Below are positions 22,158 to 31,267 of a stretch of DNA of 64,000 nucleotides, piece after piece. Each line of letters begins with the position of its first letter. The stretch's first letter is position 1. Source of the DNA: Alphaproteobacteria bacterium. GTDB lineage: Bacteria > Pseudomonadota > Alphaproteobacteria > Rs-D84. The position numbers were made by a program, and so were the translations under genes. The DNA lies in contig WRHR01000002.1 of the NCBI GenBank assembly GCA_009783145.1, forward strand, positions 34,834 to 98,833, written 5' to 3'. Under the pieces are notes generated by a model that was not told where the DNA came from, did not search any database, and saw only the letters and a list, made by a program, of their open reading frames with translations.

Positions 22158-23060
22158 TCAAAACCTATACATCAATCCCAGTTTTATCATCGGGAATAAT
22201 TTTAATTTCGCCAGTTCGTCATCGGCCATGCGCAACGCTGCTTTTTTATTGGTGTTAAGCTCGGTTTCTACCGGCGTGCCTTTGATAACCGGATCCCAAT
22301 TATCTCCATCGTCATGGCTGACCCATAAATTATCCAGCGGTATATTCAGCCCCAGTCTCGCAGTCCGGCTGGTAAACACTGCGCCCGCGTCCATATATAT
22401 CTTCACGCCCCACAACAGCCCCAGATCGAAACCGGTTCCCAGATACGGCCCGGAATATTTCCAAGTCATATCCGCGCCGACCTTCAGCTCGGTGCCGCTG
22501 TATCCGTAAAGGGTGTCGTTCAGCTCGAACGTTATCATATCGTCATCTGTGCGCGTCCCCTTGATGCCCGCGCCGGCGCCGATTTTTCCGGTCATATATC
22601 CCCCCGATATGCGCACACCCCCAAGGAACCAAGTATCCCCGAACGGATAGAAATCAACAATCGCGCCGATATGATTTGCTTTCAGATCGATATTGCCTTT
22701 TAGGGATATGTTGTCGTCGATTTCAAAGCCGTCATTGCCGACCGCCGAATCAATCGCCGAATTTATCGTGGATTTGATCGGAGAAGTCGTGGCGAAATCC
22801 AGGCGCAGCCCCAAACGCTTCCACCAGAACGAATCGAAATTTTTATTCGCGTATCCGACAAATCCGTTCAAGCCGGATGTAAAGGACACGCCGAGTCCCA
22901 ACTGCATTCCTTGCGGGAACTCGGTCTTGGGATTCGATGCCACGACCGGCGCCTTGACTTCCGATAAATCGGCTTTTATTTCTTCAAGCGCGCTCTCGTT
23001 CGCGAACGTGGGCAGGACAAACATCGTTGCAAAAATAACCGGCAAAATCTTTTTCATCAT
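22158..23060 (-). CDS. Outer-membrane beta-barrel protein (porin-like), C-terminal ...LMYRF
   Basis: Signal peptide, alternating amphipathic strands, terminal aromatic Phe; paralog of 23539-24819. Confidence 0.6.
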   Translation of the reverse strand: MMKKILPVIFATMFVLPTFANESALEEIKADLSEVKAPVVASNPKTEFPQGMQLGLGVSFTSGLNGFVGYANKNFDSFWWKRLGLRLDFATTSPIKSTINSAIDSAVGNDGFEIDDNISLKGNIDLKANHIGAIVDFYPFGDTWFLGGVRISGGYMTGKIGAGAGIKGTRTDDDMITFELNDTLYGYSGTELKVGADMTWKYSGPYLGTGFDLGLLWGVKIYMDAGAVFTSRTARLGLNIPLDNLWVSHDDGDNWDPVIKGTPVETELNTNKKAALRMADDELAKLKLFPMIKLGLMYRF

Positions 23061-23086
23061 ATGGGGAACTCCTTTTGTACAAAATA

Positions 23087-23347
23087 GGTCCAGAATTGGT
23101 TAAATTCCAGGTCAAGGCGGCAGGGAAATTAAAACAAGAACAAGGACTTTCGCGAAACAAGTATATTATACTTGTGAGCGGAAAGCCGCAGTTATTGGTT
23201 TAATTTGACGCCGTCCCGAAGGATGTGGCTAAAATCCCCCATCGCTTTGTCAAACCGGCTCGTCGTATTATATACGCCTTCGCCGATTTTCCGCGCGCTG
23301 TGCGATTTTATCTCGCACCTTGACCTGGAATTTAACCAATCCTGGAC
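23087..23347. mobile_element. MITE-like element: 261 bp bounded by 31-bp terminal inverted repeats, no ORF
   Basis: ggtccagaattggttaaattccaggtcaagg ... ccttgacctggaatttaaccaatcctggacc (30/31 match). Confidence 0.6.
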
Positions 23348-23430
23348 CTAACTATAACAATCAAAAGGAATGTTTTCAAGCGTATATTACATTAACCGTA
23401 TAACCATATAACCATTAATCACGAATCACT

Positions 23431-23520
23431 TGTCGTTCTAGTATACTAGAACGGCAAGTATAAAATAAAATGTCCATTATAACGGACAACGTTCATTATC
23501 GCGTACGACTTATGATTAGG
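23431..23520. repeat. Composite palindromic element: TTCTAGTATACTAGAA + TGTCCATTATAACGGACA + cgacttatgatta (copy 1)
   Basis: Homologous to 52131-52225. Confidence 0.7.
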
Positions 23521-23538
23521 GTCAGGACTCAATGAAAT

Positions 23539-24819
23539 TCAAAATCTATACATTACCCCCAGGCGCACTATCGGATAGAATTGAAAATCTTTCAGAATGT
23601 TATTGGCATCGCGCACTATATTATGGCGGCCGCGATGGTACTCGTCTATTATGCCCTGCACATCGGAATCCAGCGCGCTGTGCGCGTTCGCAACCGCATC
23701 CTGCACTATATTATTGATAGCGTCGCAATTGCCGCCGCATGCGGCGATACCCGCGCTGTACCAAATTGGCGGAGCGCCGCCTCCTATTACCCATGACGTT
23801 ATGTCGTTCAAAATGACGGTCGGATCTATATTGCCGGCAATCAAGATATTCTGGAACAGGCTGACGTCAGTCCCGTTGAAGTTTCCCCCCGGCGCGGTCA
23901 GGATTTCATCCAGGATGCTGCCGAGAAGCCCCGCGGTCGTCCCCGGTATATCGTTCTTATCAATATTAGTCCAACCGCATTCGAAGCCGTTGCCGATAAC
24001 GTAACAGGCTTGGATTTTATCATAGGGAAGAACTATATCGCTGTCATGCAGCTTGGGCGGATTGGTAAATATCACGCCCGCATCGACAAAGAACTTAAAG
24101 CCGCGAAACACGCCGATGTCCCAGCCAAGCCCTCCGTAAGGCCCGTTGTATTTCCAATTCAATTTTCCGCGGACTTGCGCGCCGCCTTGCAAACGGGTCC
24201 TGATTTCGCCGGCGGCGCCAACATCGATTATGAATCCGCCGGGCGGAGTATCATTCGGCACATTCGCCCGCAGATCGATGTCCAATCTGCCGATATAATA
24301 ACCGCCGGATAGGCGAAATCCGCCCACAACGGCGGTATCTCCAAAAGGATAAAAATCAATCAGCCCGCCGAACCGGTTATCATTTACGGAAAAGACGCCG
24401 TTAACTCCGTCCAGATTCACGTCTGCGCCATGAATTGCTATCGGGTCAAAGGCATCTTCCCATTTATAGTTATATTTCAGCCCCAGAACATTAAGATTGA
24501 AGTCTATGCTGGTCTCGTCATAAACGCGCGCCGAAATCATCTTATTCGTGCCGGTGGCCAAATCGGCGCGGAATCCGAATCGCTTTCCCCAAAAGCCCGG
24601 CGCGTCCTTATTCGCATATCCGACGAACCAGTTCACCGAAGAAAGAGGCCAAAGCGCCAAGGGAGCGCCGATTCCGAACTGCCATCCCGCATACGGTGAC
24701 TTTTGCGGAGCGGATTTGCCGTCTTTCAGAACTTCATCTATAGGCTTCAGATCGGGCGCTTCTGCAAAAGCAGGTATAGCAAATGCAACCGCAAAAATAA
24801 TCGGCAATATTTTTCTCAC
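23539..24819 (-). CDS. Outer-membrane beta-barrel protein paralog, C-terminal ...VMYRF
   Basis: 426 aa; signal peptide MRKILPIIFAVAFAIPAFA; shares N- and C-terminal blocks with 22158-23060. Confidence 0.6.
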   Translation of the reverse strand: MRKILPIIFAVAFAIPAFAEAPDLKPIDEVLKDGKSAPQKSPYAGWQFGIGAPLALWPLSSVNWFVGYANKDAPGFWGKRFGFRADLATGTNKMISARVYDETSIDFNLNVLGLKYNYKWEDAFDPIAIHGADVNLDGVNGVFSVNDNRFGGLIDFYPFGDTAVVGGFRLSGGYYIGRLDIDLRANVPNDTPPGGFIIDVGAAGEIRTRLQGGAQVRGKLNWKYNGPYGGLGWDIGVFRGFKFFVDAGVIFTNPPKLHDSDIVLPYDKIQACYVIGNGFECGWTNIDKNDIPGTTAGLLGSILDEILTAPGGNFNGTDVSLFQNILIAGNIDPTVILNDITSWVIGGGAPPIWYSAGIAACGGNCDAINNIVQDAVANAHSALDSDVQGIIDEYHRGRHNIVRDANNILKDFQFYPIVRLGVMYRF

Positions 24820-24846
24820 AAGCCGTTTATATAATTATATAGGGAT

Positions 24847-25611
24847 TTACTCAATAAGTTTAATTTCTTTTGCATTCAATTCGCGAACTTTGCCGGGCGC
24901 CAGATCACCCAGCCGGGTCGGTCCGTAAGATTCGCGATGAAGTTTTTTCACCAAAAATCCAAGATAGTCCATAACTATTCTAATCTCATTCTTTTTGCCT
25001 TCTTGCAATGTCAGGCGAACGGTTAAGGGATATCGCGACAGCAACTCTATCTCCATCGGCGCATATTGCACCCCGTCGATTTTTATCCCATTTCGCGCAT
25101 TATCAAAAATAAAATCATCGGAATTTAAGGGCGATAGAAAACCGCGCAAAGCCTTTGCCCGCGCAGGTGACTTTATTTCCGCAAAACTCTTGGGATGCAG
25201 CCCGGCGACATAAACTCGTTTTATTCCGCTGGAGGGCAAAGTCAGCCGCCGCGCCAGTTCGCCATCGTTCGTCAGCAGCAGCAAGCCCGTAGTTTTATAA
25301 TCCAATCTTCCAACATATTTGAAATTATGCAGCTTTGCCGGCAAGTAATCATAAATCGTCGCGCGCGCTTGCGGATCGCTGCGGGTCGTCATAGTATTTA
25401 TCGGTTTATTAAAAGCAAAAATTCGAGCCTGCGATTCGCCGGCTAATGATTTGCCATCAACTAAAATTTTCTCGTCGCCATTTATAAAAAATACTGGCGT
25501 AAGAATTTTCTCGCCATTCACGAAAACCTTGCCGTCGACGATAAGCTTTTCCGCCTCGCGGCGCGACGCGATTCCAGAGTCTGCGATAAATTTGGCGATT
25601 CTTGTTTTCAT
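24847..25611 (-). CDS. rluB: Ribosomal pseudouridine synthase, RsuA/RluB family (S4 domain + catalytic GRLDYKTTGLLLLTNDG)
   Basis: S4-like N-terminus, conserved catalytic Asp motif. Confidence 0.8.
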   Translation of the reverse strand: MKTRIAKFIADSGIASRREAEKLIVDGKVFVNGEKILTPVFFINGDEKILVDGKSLAGESQARIFAFNKPINTMTTRSDPQARATIYDYLPAKLHNFKYVGRLDYKTTGLLLLTNDGELARRLTLPSSGIKRVYVAGLHPKSFAEIKSPARAKALRGFLSPLNSDDFIFDNARNGIKIDGVQYAPMEIELLSRYPLTVRLTLQEGKKNEIRIVMDYLGFLVKKLHRESYGPTRLGDLAPGKVRELNAKEIKLIE

Positions 25612-25613
25612 TA

Positions 25614-25738
25614 ATTAGCGATTAGCAATTATCAATTAGCGATTAAAAATGCAACAATATGAAATGTCCAATATACTGGACAATGTTATTACCAGTTCCC
25701 CAATTGCTAATCGCTAATTGCTAATCGCTAATTCCTTT
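25614..25738. repeat. Heptamer-array hairpin element, family A (second copy) with central TGTCCAATATACTGGACA
   Basis: ttagcgattagcaattatcaattagcgatt ... ttgctaatcgctaattgctaatcgctaatt; shared gcaacaata flank. Confidence 0.85.
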
Positions 25739-27984
25739 ACTGTTTTCGTCTTCGGGTCGTATACCTTTGGGGTGCCGCGATATCCCATCGTAGAATGATG
25801 GCTGGGGATTAGAAATTCCGGCAGAGGCGTGCTTTCGCCCATACTCCTGAACGCCTGCAGCCGCGGGTCGGAATACGCCGGAGTATAATCCGCTTCGATC
25901 GGCCTGTGGTACCAGCCTTGGAATATTACCAGCTCCTTTTTCGCGTCCAGCTTCAGAATATCCATAGTGCTGTAAAGCGGCTTTCTTTCCGTCGTCGTAG
26001 TGTCTTTTCCGTCCGCGCCCTTGGTCTTTTTCTCCTCCACTTTTTCGCCCATCATATCCGAAAATCTTTTGGCGGTATCGGGGTCATTCTGGCGGAAAAC
26101 GATTTTCGCCGCAGTCGTGGAAATTATGGTTGCCGCCGCGTCCGCGCCGTACTTTTCCTGAATCTGGTGAATATCCTGGCCGATGATAAGATAAGACACT
26201 TTCTGTCCTCGGCCGATATCGGGCCCTTGGATAATCGCCTGCATCTTTTGCATTTTGGGCATTTCGTCCAAGACGAACAAGGCGGGGAACGGCCCGACTT
26301 TTTGACCCTTATGCTCGTCGCCGGGCGCGTTCGCAATCAGAAACTTAGACATAAGCTCGATAAATATTGCCGTTATCGGGTTCAAGGCGTCGGCATCGAC
26401 CTGATTGATGGACAGGTATACCGTAACCGGCTTTATTTTTCCATCGCGCGGGTCGATCATACCGCGCAGATCCGCGAAATGAAAATCACTGTGGCTGGTG
26501 CGATTTCGCACGGCGGCGTTTCGGAAAATCCCCAGCCCCGCCAGAACCGTGGACAGGATGGAGCCGCGCTCCTTGTCCGGGGTATTCGCAATCTGCGTAA
26601 GCTCCAAAACCGCGCGATGGCTGTATCCGTACTGCAGCGCTTCGTTCACCGCGTTCAGGAACAAGTCCTTCATGGGATCGGCCATCATCACCATCTGGTC
26701 GCCTTGCTTGCGGCGGTTTTCTATTTCCTCGGCGATCAGCACCTGATTTTTGTTCAGCCAGTCCAGAATCATGGACAAAGACGCCTCTTTCCCGATCCAA
26801 TCGTCCGGAATCTTCGCCCAAGTCCCGATATGGACATAGTTCATGGCATTCAACTGCCCGTTGGCCAAGGCATGCAGCGCGGCATCCGCATTCGGGTCAT
26901 TCATAAGGGTATAATACTCGCCCAGCAATGCGGCGTCTTCGGAATCGAATTGTCCAGATTGCAGGCGCGCGTAAAAATACTCGTCCGCCTTGACCTTGTC
27001 TATCTTGGAAACCATAAAGTTGATAAGACCCGAAAGCGCCGCGCGGCCGGAAATCGTCCAATGGGGGTCGGCGGTAGAGCTTGTCTTGTCCGCAATAAGC
27101 GTGGAGCATATGGAGTCTATGTAAAGGTCGCGCTCTTCGGCCAGAAACGGCACATGCGAAGGCGATAAAGGGTTCCAGGACGGATAATAAATGCCCGCCG
27201 CCGGATCGTCCTGGCCCGCCCAGTTCATGATAAACACCGGGCCTACTTTCTCCGCGCGATACGCGGACGACTGCTGCTTTAATTCCGGCTTCGGGTCGTT
27301 GATAATCATCGAAACGCCGGTGCAATCAAAGATAGTGGGCAAAACGACGCCTTGGGTTTTACCGGTCCCTGGAGGAGCCAAACATAGGGCGGAAAAAGTC
27401 TCCTTCATCATCAGCGGCTTTTTCTTCCAATAGCCCAGAACCATCATAAAACCGTCAAGCAGGCCCATTTTTTTGACATCTTCGTCATTGGCCTTGCGCG
27501 AGGACTCTTCTTTCAGGGTGTCTTTGCCATGTGGGTTGAACTCTTTAAGCAGGGTATCGTCCGCCAGGATGAAAAACACGGCCAGCGGAAGCAGCGGGGC
27601 AAGCGTCGCAATATCGGTCTGGGTGACGGCTCTCATAAGCCAATCCGGGACTTCGGCCAGCACGGACAAGCCGCCGCTGCGCAGCAGGTTTCCGAAATAT
27701 ACGCTGATCCACTTGGCGGCGGCCGGCGACCAGCCATAGCGCCATATATGCTCGATCGGAAACGCCAGAATAAACGCCAGCGCGCAGGACAGCCAGATAA
27801 TAAGCTTGTACCGCATATTCCAGAACAAGCGCGCCAAGGGCGTCCTTTCGTGGTCCTTGTACACGGACGAGTCGAATATCTTCAGCCCCTTGCCTTTGCC
27901 CGAAAACGATAAAAAGTTGAACTTTTCTGCCATTAGGTTTATTATACCAAAAAAATAGGTAATTGATAATGCAAAACTTGCCAA
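25714..27984 (-). CDS. virD4: Type IV secretion coupling protein VirD4/TraG family
   Basis: Two N-terminal TM segments, Walker A LAPPGTGKTQGVVLPT, Walker B FVLDEMP, 756 aa. Confidence 0.8.
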   Translation of the reverse strand: MASFALSITYFFGIINLMAEKFNFLSFSGKGKGLKIFDSSVYKDHERTPLARLFWNMRYKLIIWLSCALAFILAFPIEHIWRYGWSPAAAKWISVYFGNLLRSGGLSVLAEVPDWLMRAVTQTDIATLAPLLPLAVFFILADDTLLKEFNPHGKDTLKEESSRKANDEDVKKMGLLDGFMMVLGYWKKKPLMMKETFSALCLAPPGTGKTQGVVLPTIFDCTGVSMIINDPKPELKQQSSAYRAEKVGPVFIMNWAGQDDPAAGIYYPSWNPLSPSHVPFLAEERDLYIDSICSTLIADKTSSTADPHWTISGRAALSGLINFMVSKIDKVKADEYFYARLQSGQFDSEDAALLGEYYTLMNDPNADAALHALANGQLNAMNYVHIGTWAKIPDDWIGKEASLSMILDWLNKNQVLIAEEIENRRKQGDQMVMMADPMKDLFLNAVNEALQYGYSHRAVLELTQIANTPDKERGSILSTVLAGLGIFRNAAVRNRTSHSDFHFADLRGMIDPRDGKIKPVTVYLSINQVDADALNPITAIFIELMSKFLIANAPGDEHKGQKVGPFPALFVLDEMPKMQKMQAIIQGPDIGRGQKVSYLIIGQDIHQIQEKYGADAAATIISTTAAKIVFRQNDPDTAKRFSDMMGEKVEEKKTKGADGKDTTTTERKPLYSTMDILKLDAKKELVIFQGWYHRPIEADYTPAYSDPRLQAFRSMGESTPLPEFLIPSHHSTMGYRGTPKVYDPKTKTVKELAISN

Positions 27985-28742
27985 GGATTTTTATTAACGA
28001 GCCTTTGGAATCCGGAAAGCAAATCCCGATTTCCAAAGACCAGCTGCACTACCTGCAGAAAGTAATGCGGACGGAAAAATGTCTGGTTTTCAATGCCGGA
28101 AAAGAATTCAATGCGCAGGTCGCCGGCTCGCAGCTTTCGGTTCTGGATTTGACCGAGCATCCTGACCCGTCCAATAATTTGATCTTTGCATTTGCACCGA
28201 TAAAGCAGTCAAGAATGGAAGAAATGCTGAATGCGGCAACTCAAATGGGCGTGGCGAGGTTACAGCCGGTTATCACAGAGCGCACCACCGAGAGATTTCC
28301 AAAATGGGAAAGAATTAGAAAAATCATAATCGAAGCATCGGAACAATCGGGTCGCAATTCCGTCCCCGAACTCCTGCCGCCGATTAAATTTTCGGAATTC
28401 GTAGGGGCGAATGAAAATTCGCCCGGCAATTTAATTTTCGCAGACGAGCGGTTCGCGCATGAGGTGTTCCCCTCCTGTGGAGGGGTGGATGCGAGCGAAG
28501 TGAGCAGACGGGGTGGTTCTTGTAATATGCGAGAATTAAACGAACCACCCCGCCCTGCGGGCACCCCTCCACAGGAGGGGAACCGCGACCCCACCACCGT
28601 GCTCATTGGCCCCGAAGGAGGATTCTCCCCGGCGGAATTCTCGGCATTGGACGCATCCGATGCAATAGGAATCAGCCTTGGAAAAACAATCCTGCGCGCT
28701 GAAACCGCTGCAATCGCCGCATTGGCGAAAATTATTGATTAA
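27963..28742 (+). CDS. rsmE: 16S rRNA m3U1498 methyltransferase RsmE carrying an in-frame palindromic-element insertion
   Basis: N-terminal PUA-like and C-terminal SPOUT (LIGPEGGFSPAE) blocks; the only housekeeping gene on the plus strand. Confidence 0.75.
   Translation: MIMQNLPRIFINEPLESGKQIPISKDQLHYLQKVMRTEKCLVFNAGKEFNAQVAGSQLSVLDLTEHPDPSNNLIFAFAPIKQSRMEEMLNAATQMGVARLQPVITERTTERFPKWERIRKIIIEASEQSGRNSVPELLPPIKFSEFVGANENSPGNLIFADERFAHEVFPSCGGVDASEVSRRGGSCNMRELNEPPRPAGTPPQEGNRDPTTVLIGPEGGFSPAEFSALDASDAIGISLGKTILRAETAAIAALAKIID
28466..28583. mobile_element. RPE-like palindromic element (GTTCCCCTCCTGTGGAGGGGTGG ... CACCCCTCCACAGGAGGGGAAC) in-frame within rsmE
   Basis: 118-bp nested inverted repeat; copies at 31143-31252 and 35708-35834. 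Confidence 0.85.
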
Positions 28743-28773
28743 TGATTACAAAATAAACGCGGCTATGCCGCGT

Positions 28774-30384
28774 TTATTTTGTCGTTCTTTTTATCCACCA
28801 CATCTGGCCGATTCCGAACAGGTTGGAAACCGTCCAATACAGCACCAGTCCCGCCGGCATCCATGCAAACATCGCGGTAAATATTACAGGCATCCACTTC
28901 ATCATTTTCTGAGTCTGCGCCATCGGGTCGTTGCCCGTAACCTTGTTTGCAGCGGATTGCAGATGCATCTGCCACCACATTGACGCTCCCATTACTATCG
29001 GCAGGATAAAGTAAGGATCCATCACCGCCAAATCCGAAATCCACAAGAACTGCGAATGACGCAGCGGCGCCGCAATCAGCAGCGCTTTATAAAGCGCGAA
29101 GAAAATCGGAATCTGCAAAAGCATGGGCAAACATCCAGACATCGGACTGGTCTTGCTGTCTTTATACAGCTTCATCATCTCCTGTTGCATGCGTACCTTG
29201 TCGTCTGCATACAGCTTTTGAATGCGCTGCATTTCCGGCTGCATTTTCTGCATCGCGGCCATGCCGACAAAAGACTTGCGCGTCAGCGGCCACATCAGGA
29301 TTCTGATAATTATCGTCAGAAGAATAATCGCAACGCCATAGTTCGCCACCAGCGAATACAACGCATTCAGCGCCCAAAGGAACGGACGCGACAGGAACCA
29401 GAACCAGCCGTAATCAAGCGTCTGATCAATGCCGCGGATAGAGGTGGCCGCGGCTTTCAGCACTTCGGGCGTTTTGGGCCCTGCAAAAATTCTTGTTGTG
29501 AAAGTAGTTATCCCGCCGGCCGGCACAGAAACAGCCGACGCGCTTGCTTCGGCCTGCAAGCGCCCGTCTCCCAGCGGTTTTATTTTTATCGTTTGGTCCA
29601 CAGAACCCAGGCTGGCTATGACCTGCCAGTATTGGTCTTCGAATCCGACAAACCCTGCGGGCGTTGTCCAAGCATAAGATTTCTTACCGACGGATTTCCA
29701 GGATTCGCGTTCAATACTGCTGTTTGCAAAAGCAACCCCGCCGGTTGAAACTCCGGCCGTGTCGGCGCCTGCATCGCGCACGATCCGCGCATAAGGAACA
29801 AACGACACATCGCGCTTGGAATTGTTTCTGATAGTGTCGGTGATTGTAATTATGTAATTTTCTTTATCAGAAATTTCTATGGCGCGCGAAAATTCTATCC
29901 CATCGGAGTTTTTCCAAACAATATTCTCGAATCCGGTTCCTACGTTTTTTTGATTCCAGTGCGTAGCGACGTTCGGCGCGGTAGTTCCATTCGCAATCAA
30001 CCCGACTTCTATGAATTCATTTTTCCCGGACAAAATGCCAACGGCTTCTTCGCTATTTTTTGCGGCTTTGTAATTATGCAGGCGAATATCGCTGATGCGA
30101 AGCCCTTGGGCGTTAAAGCCCATTTTCCAACCCATGGTCTCGTGACCGAGCGGAACGACAACAGCATTTGAAACATCTTCGACCTGCGCCGCCGCGACAT
30201 CCGTATTTTGCTCTGCGGGCGCAGGGCTCTGCTTCGGAGACAGCCAAGCGCTGAAAATCCACCAAGCCAGCAGGAATATGACTATCCACCATAAAACTCC
30301 GGTGAATTTCGATTTCTTCGAATTCGCGTCTTTCGCCGCCAGCCAAGAGGAAAACCCTGAATTATTCTCTAAATATTTTACCAT
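28774..30384 (-). CDS. yidC: Membrane protein insertase YidC
   Basis: Large periplasmic domain then 5 conserved TM helices (…FGWGIILLTIIIRIL…); start taken at MVKYLENN. Confidence 0.85.
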   Translation of the reverse strand: MVKYLENNSGFSSWLAAKDANSKKSKFTGVLWWIVIFLLAWWIFSAWLSPKQSPAPAEQNTDVAAAQVEDVSNAVVVPLGHETMGWKMGFNAQGLRISDIRLHNYKAAKNSEEAVGILSGKNEFIEVGLIANGTTAPNVATHWNQKNVGTGFENIVWKNSDGIEFSRAIEISDKENYIITITDTIRNNSKRDVSFVPYARIVRDAGADTAGVSTGGVAFANSSIERESWKSVGKKSYAWTTPAGFVGFEDQYWQVIASLGSVDQTIKIKPLGDGRLQAEASASAVSVPAGGITTFTTRIFAGPKTPEVLKAAATSIRGIDQTLDYGWFWFLSRPFLWALNALYSLVANYGVAIILLTIIIRILMWPLTRKSFVGMAAMQKMQPEMQRIQKLYADDKVRMQQEMMKLYKDSKTSPMSGCLPMLLQIPIFFALYKALLIAAPLRHSQFLWISDLAVMDPYFILPIVMGASMWWQMHLQSAANKVTGNDPMAQTQKMMKWMPVIFTAMFAWMPAGLVLYWTVSNLFGIGQMWWIKRTTK

Positions 30385-30403
30385 TAAAAAACCTTCGGTT
30401 TTT

Positions 30404-30525
30404 AAGTAGGAAGTAGGAGGTAGGAAGTAGGAAATAAAAAGCAACAATAAACGATGTCCATTATAATGGACAACGATTACCTTACTCTATCACTTCCTAC
30501 TTCCTACCTCCTACTTCCTACTTCT
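30404..30525. repeat. Heptamer-array hairpin element, family D: (ggaagta)xn - TGTCCATTATAATGGACA - (tacttcc)xn
   Basis: taagtaggaagtaggaggtaggaagtaggaaat...cttcctacttcctacctcctacttcctacttc; palindrome at 30455-30472. Confidence 0.85.
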
Positions 30526-31062
30526 TGTTATTAACCATCCCAACAGATACGCCGCAACGCCGATGCTGATGCAAATGTCCGCCACATTGAACGCCGGCCA
30601 GTGAAATCCCCTCACGTGAAAATCTAAAAAGTCGATCACCGCGCCAAAGCGGATGCGGTCTATCAGATTCCCCAAGGCCCCGCCGATTATCAGCGACAAT
30701 GCTATGCGCTCGTACTTTTCTTTTGCGCGAGCGAACAGGTGATAAGCCAGAAAGCCTATTATCGCGCCCGTCAGCGCGATTATAACAAACGGCGCCGAGC
30801 TCCCCAGCGCACGGAATAATGAAAAGCTGGTTCCCGGATTCCAGACGAACACGAACTTGAACCAGGATGTCATAGGCAGACTCAGCAAGTCTGCGCCATG
30901 CACGACCATGCCTCCATTGCAAAATGGCGAGTGCAAGTCGCATGCGGCGCCGAACCAATGAAATCCGACCGGAGACATTGTCATAATCCAGCCCTTGGTC
31001 AATTGGTCGAGAACGACCACCAAAAGAATAAAGAATAAAGAATAAAGAATAGATTTCTTCAT
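30511..31062 (-). CDS. lspA: Lipoprotein signal peptidase II
   Basis: 183 aa, 4 TM, conserved Asp blocks; N-terminal MKKSILYSLFFIL coded by an (aagaata) array. Confidence 0.8.
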   Translation of the reverse strand: MKKSILYSLFFILLVVVLDQLTKGWIMTMSPVGFHWFGAACDLHSPFCNGGMVVHGADLLSLPMTSWFKFVFVWNPGTSFSLFRALGSSAPFVIIALTGAIIGFLAYHLFARAKEKYERIALSLIIGGALGNLIDRIRFGAVIDFLDFHVRGFHWPAFNVADICISIGVAAYLLGWLITRSRK

Positions 31063-31142
31063 ATATCAACCTTTTGATTGGGGCATTATAACGGAAAACT
31101 TCTGCAATACAAATGAAATATGGCAGAAGAAGCGGGGTCGCA

Positions 31143-31252
31143 GTTCCCCTCCTGTGGAGGGGTGGCCGCAGGCCGGGGTGGTTCTTGTAATCTGCGAAAA
31201 TTAAACGAACCACCCCGTCGGCTACGCCGACACCCCTCCACAGGAGGGGAAC
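31143..31252. mobile_element. RPE-like palindromic element, intergenic copy
   Basis: cagttcccctcctgtggaggggtgg...ggggtggttcttgtaatctgcgaaaattaaacgaaccacccc...cacccctccacaggaggggaac. Confidence 0.85.
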
Positions 31253-31267
31253 ACCACGGCGCAAATT

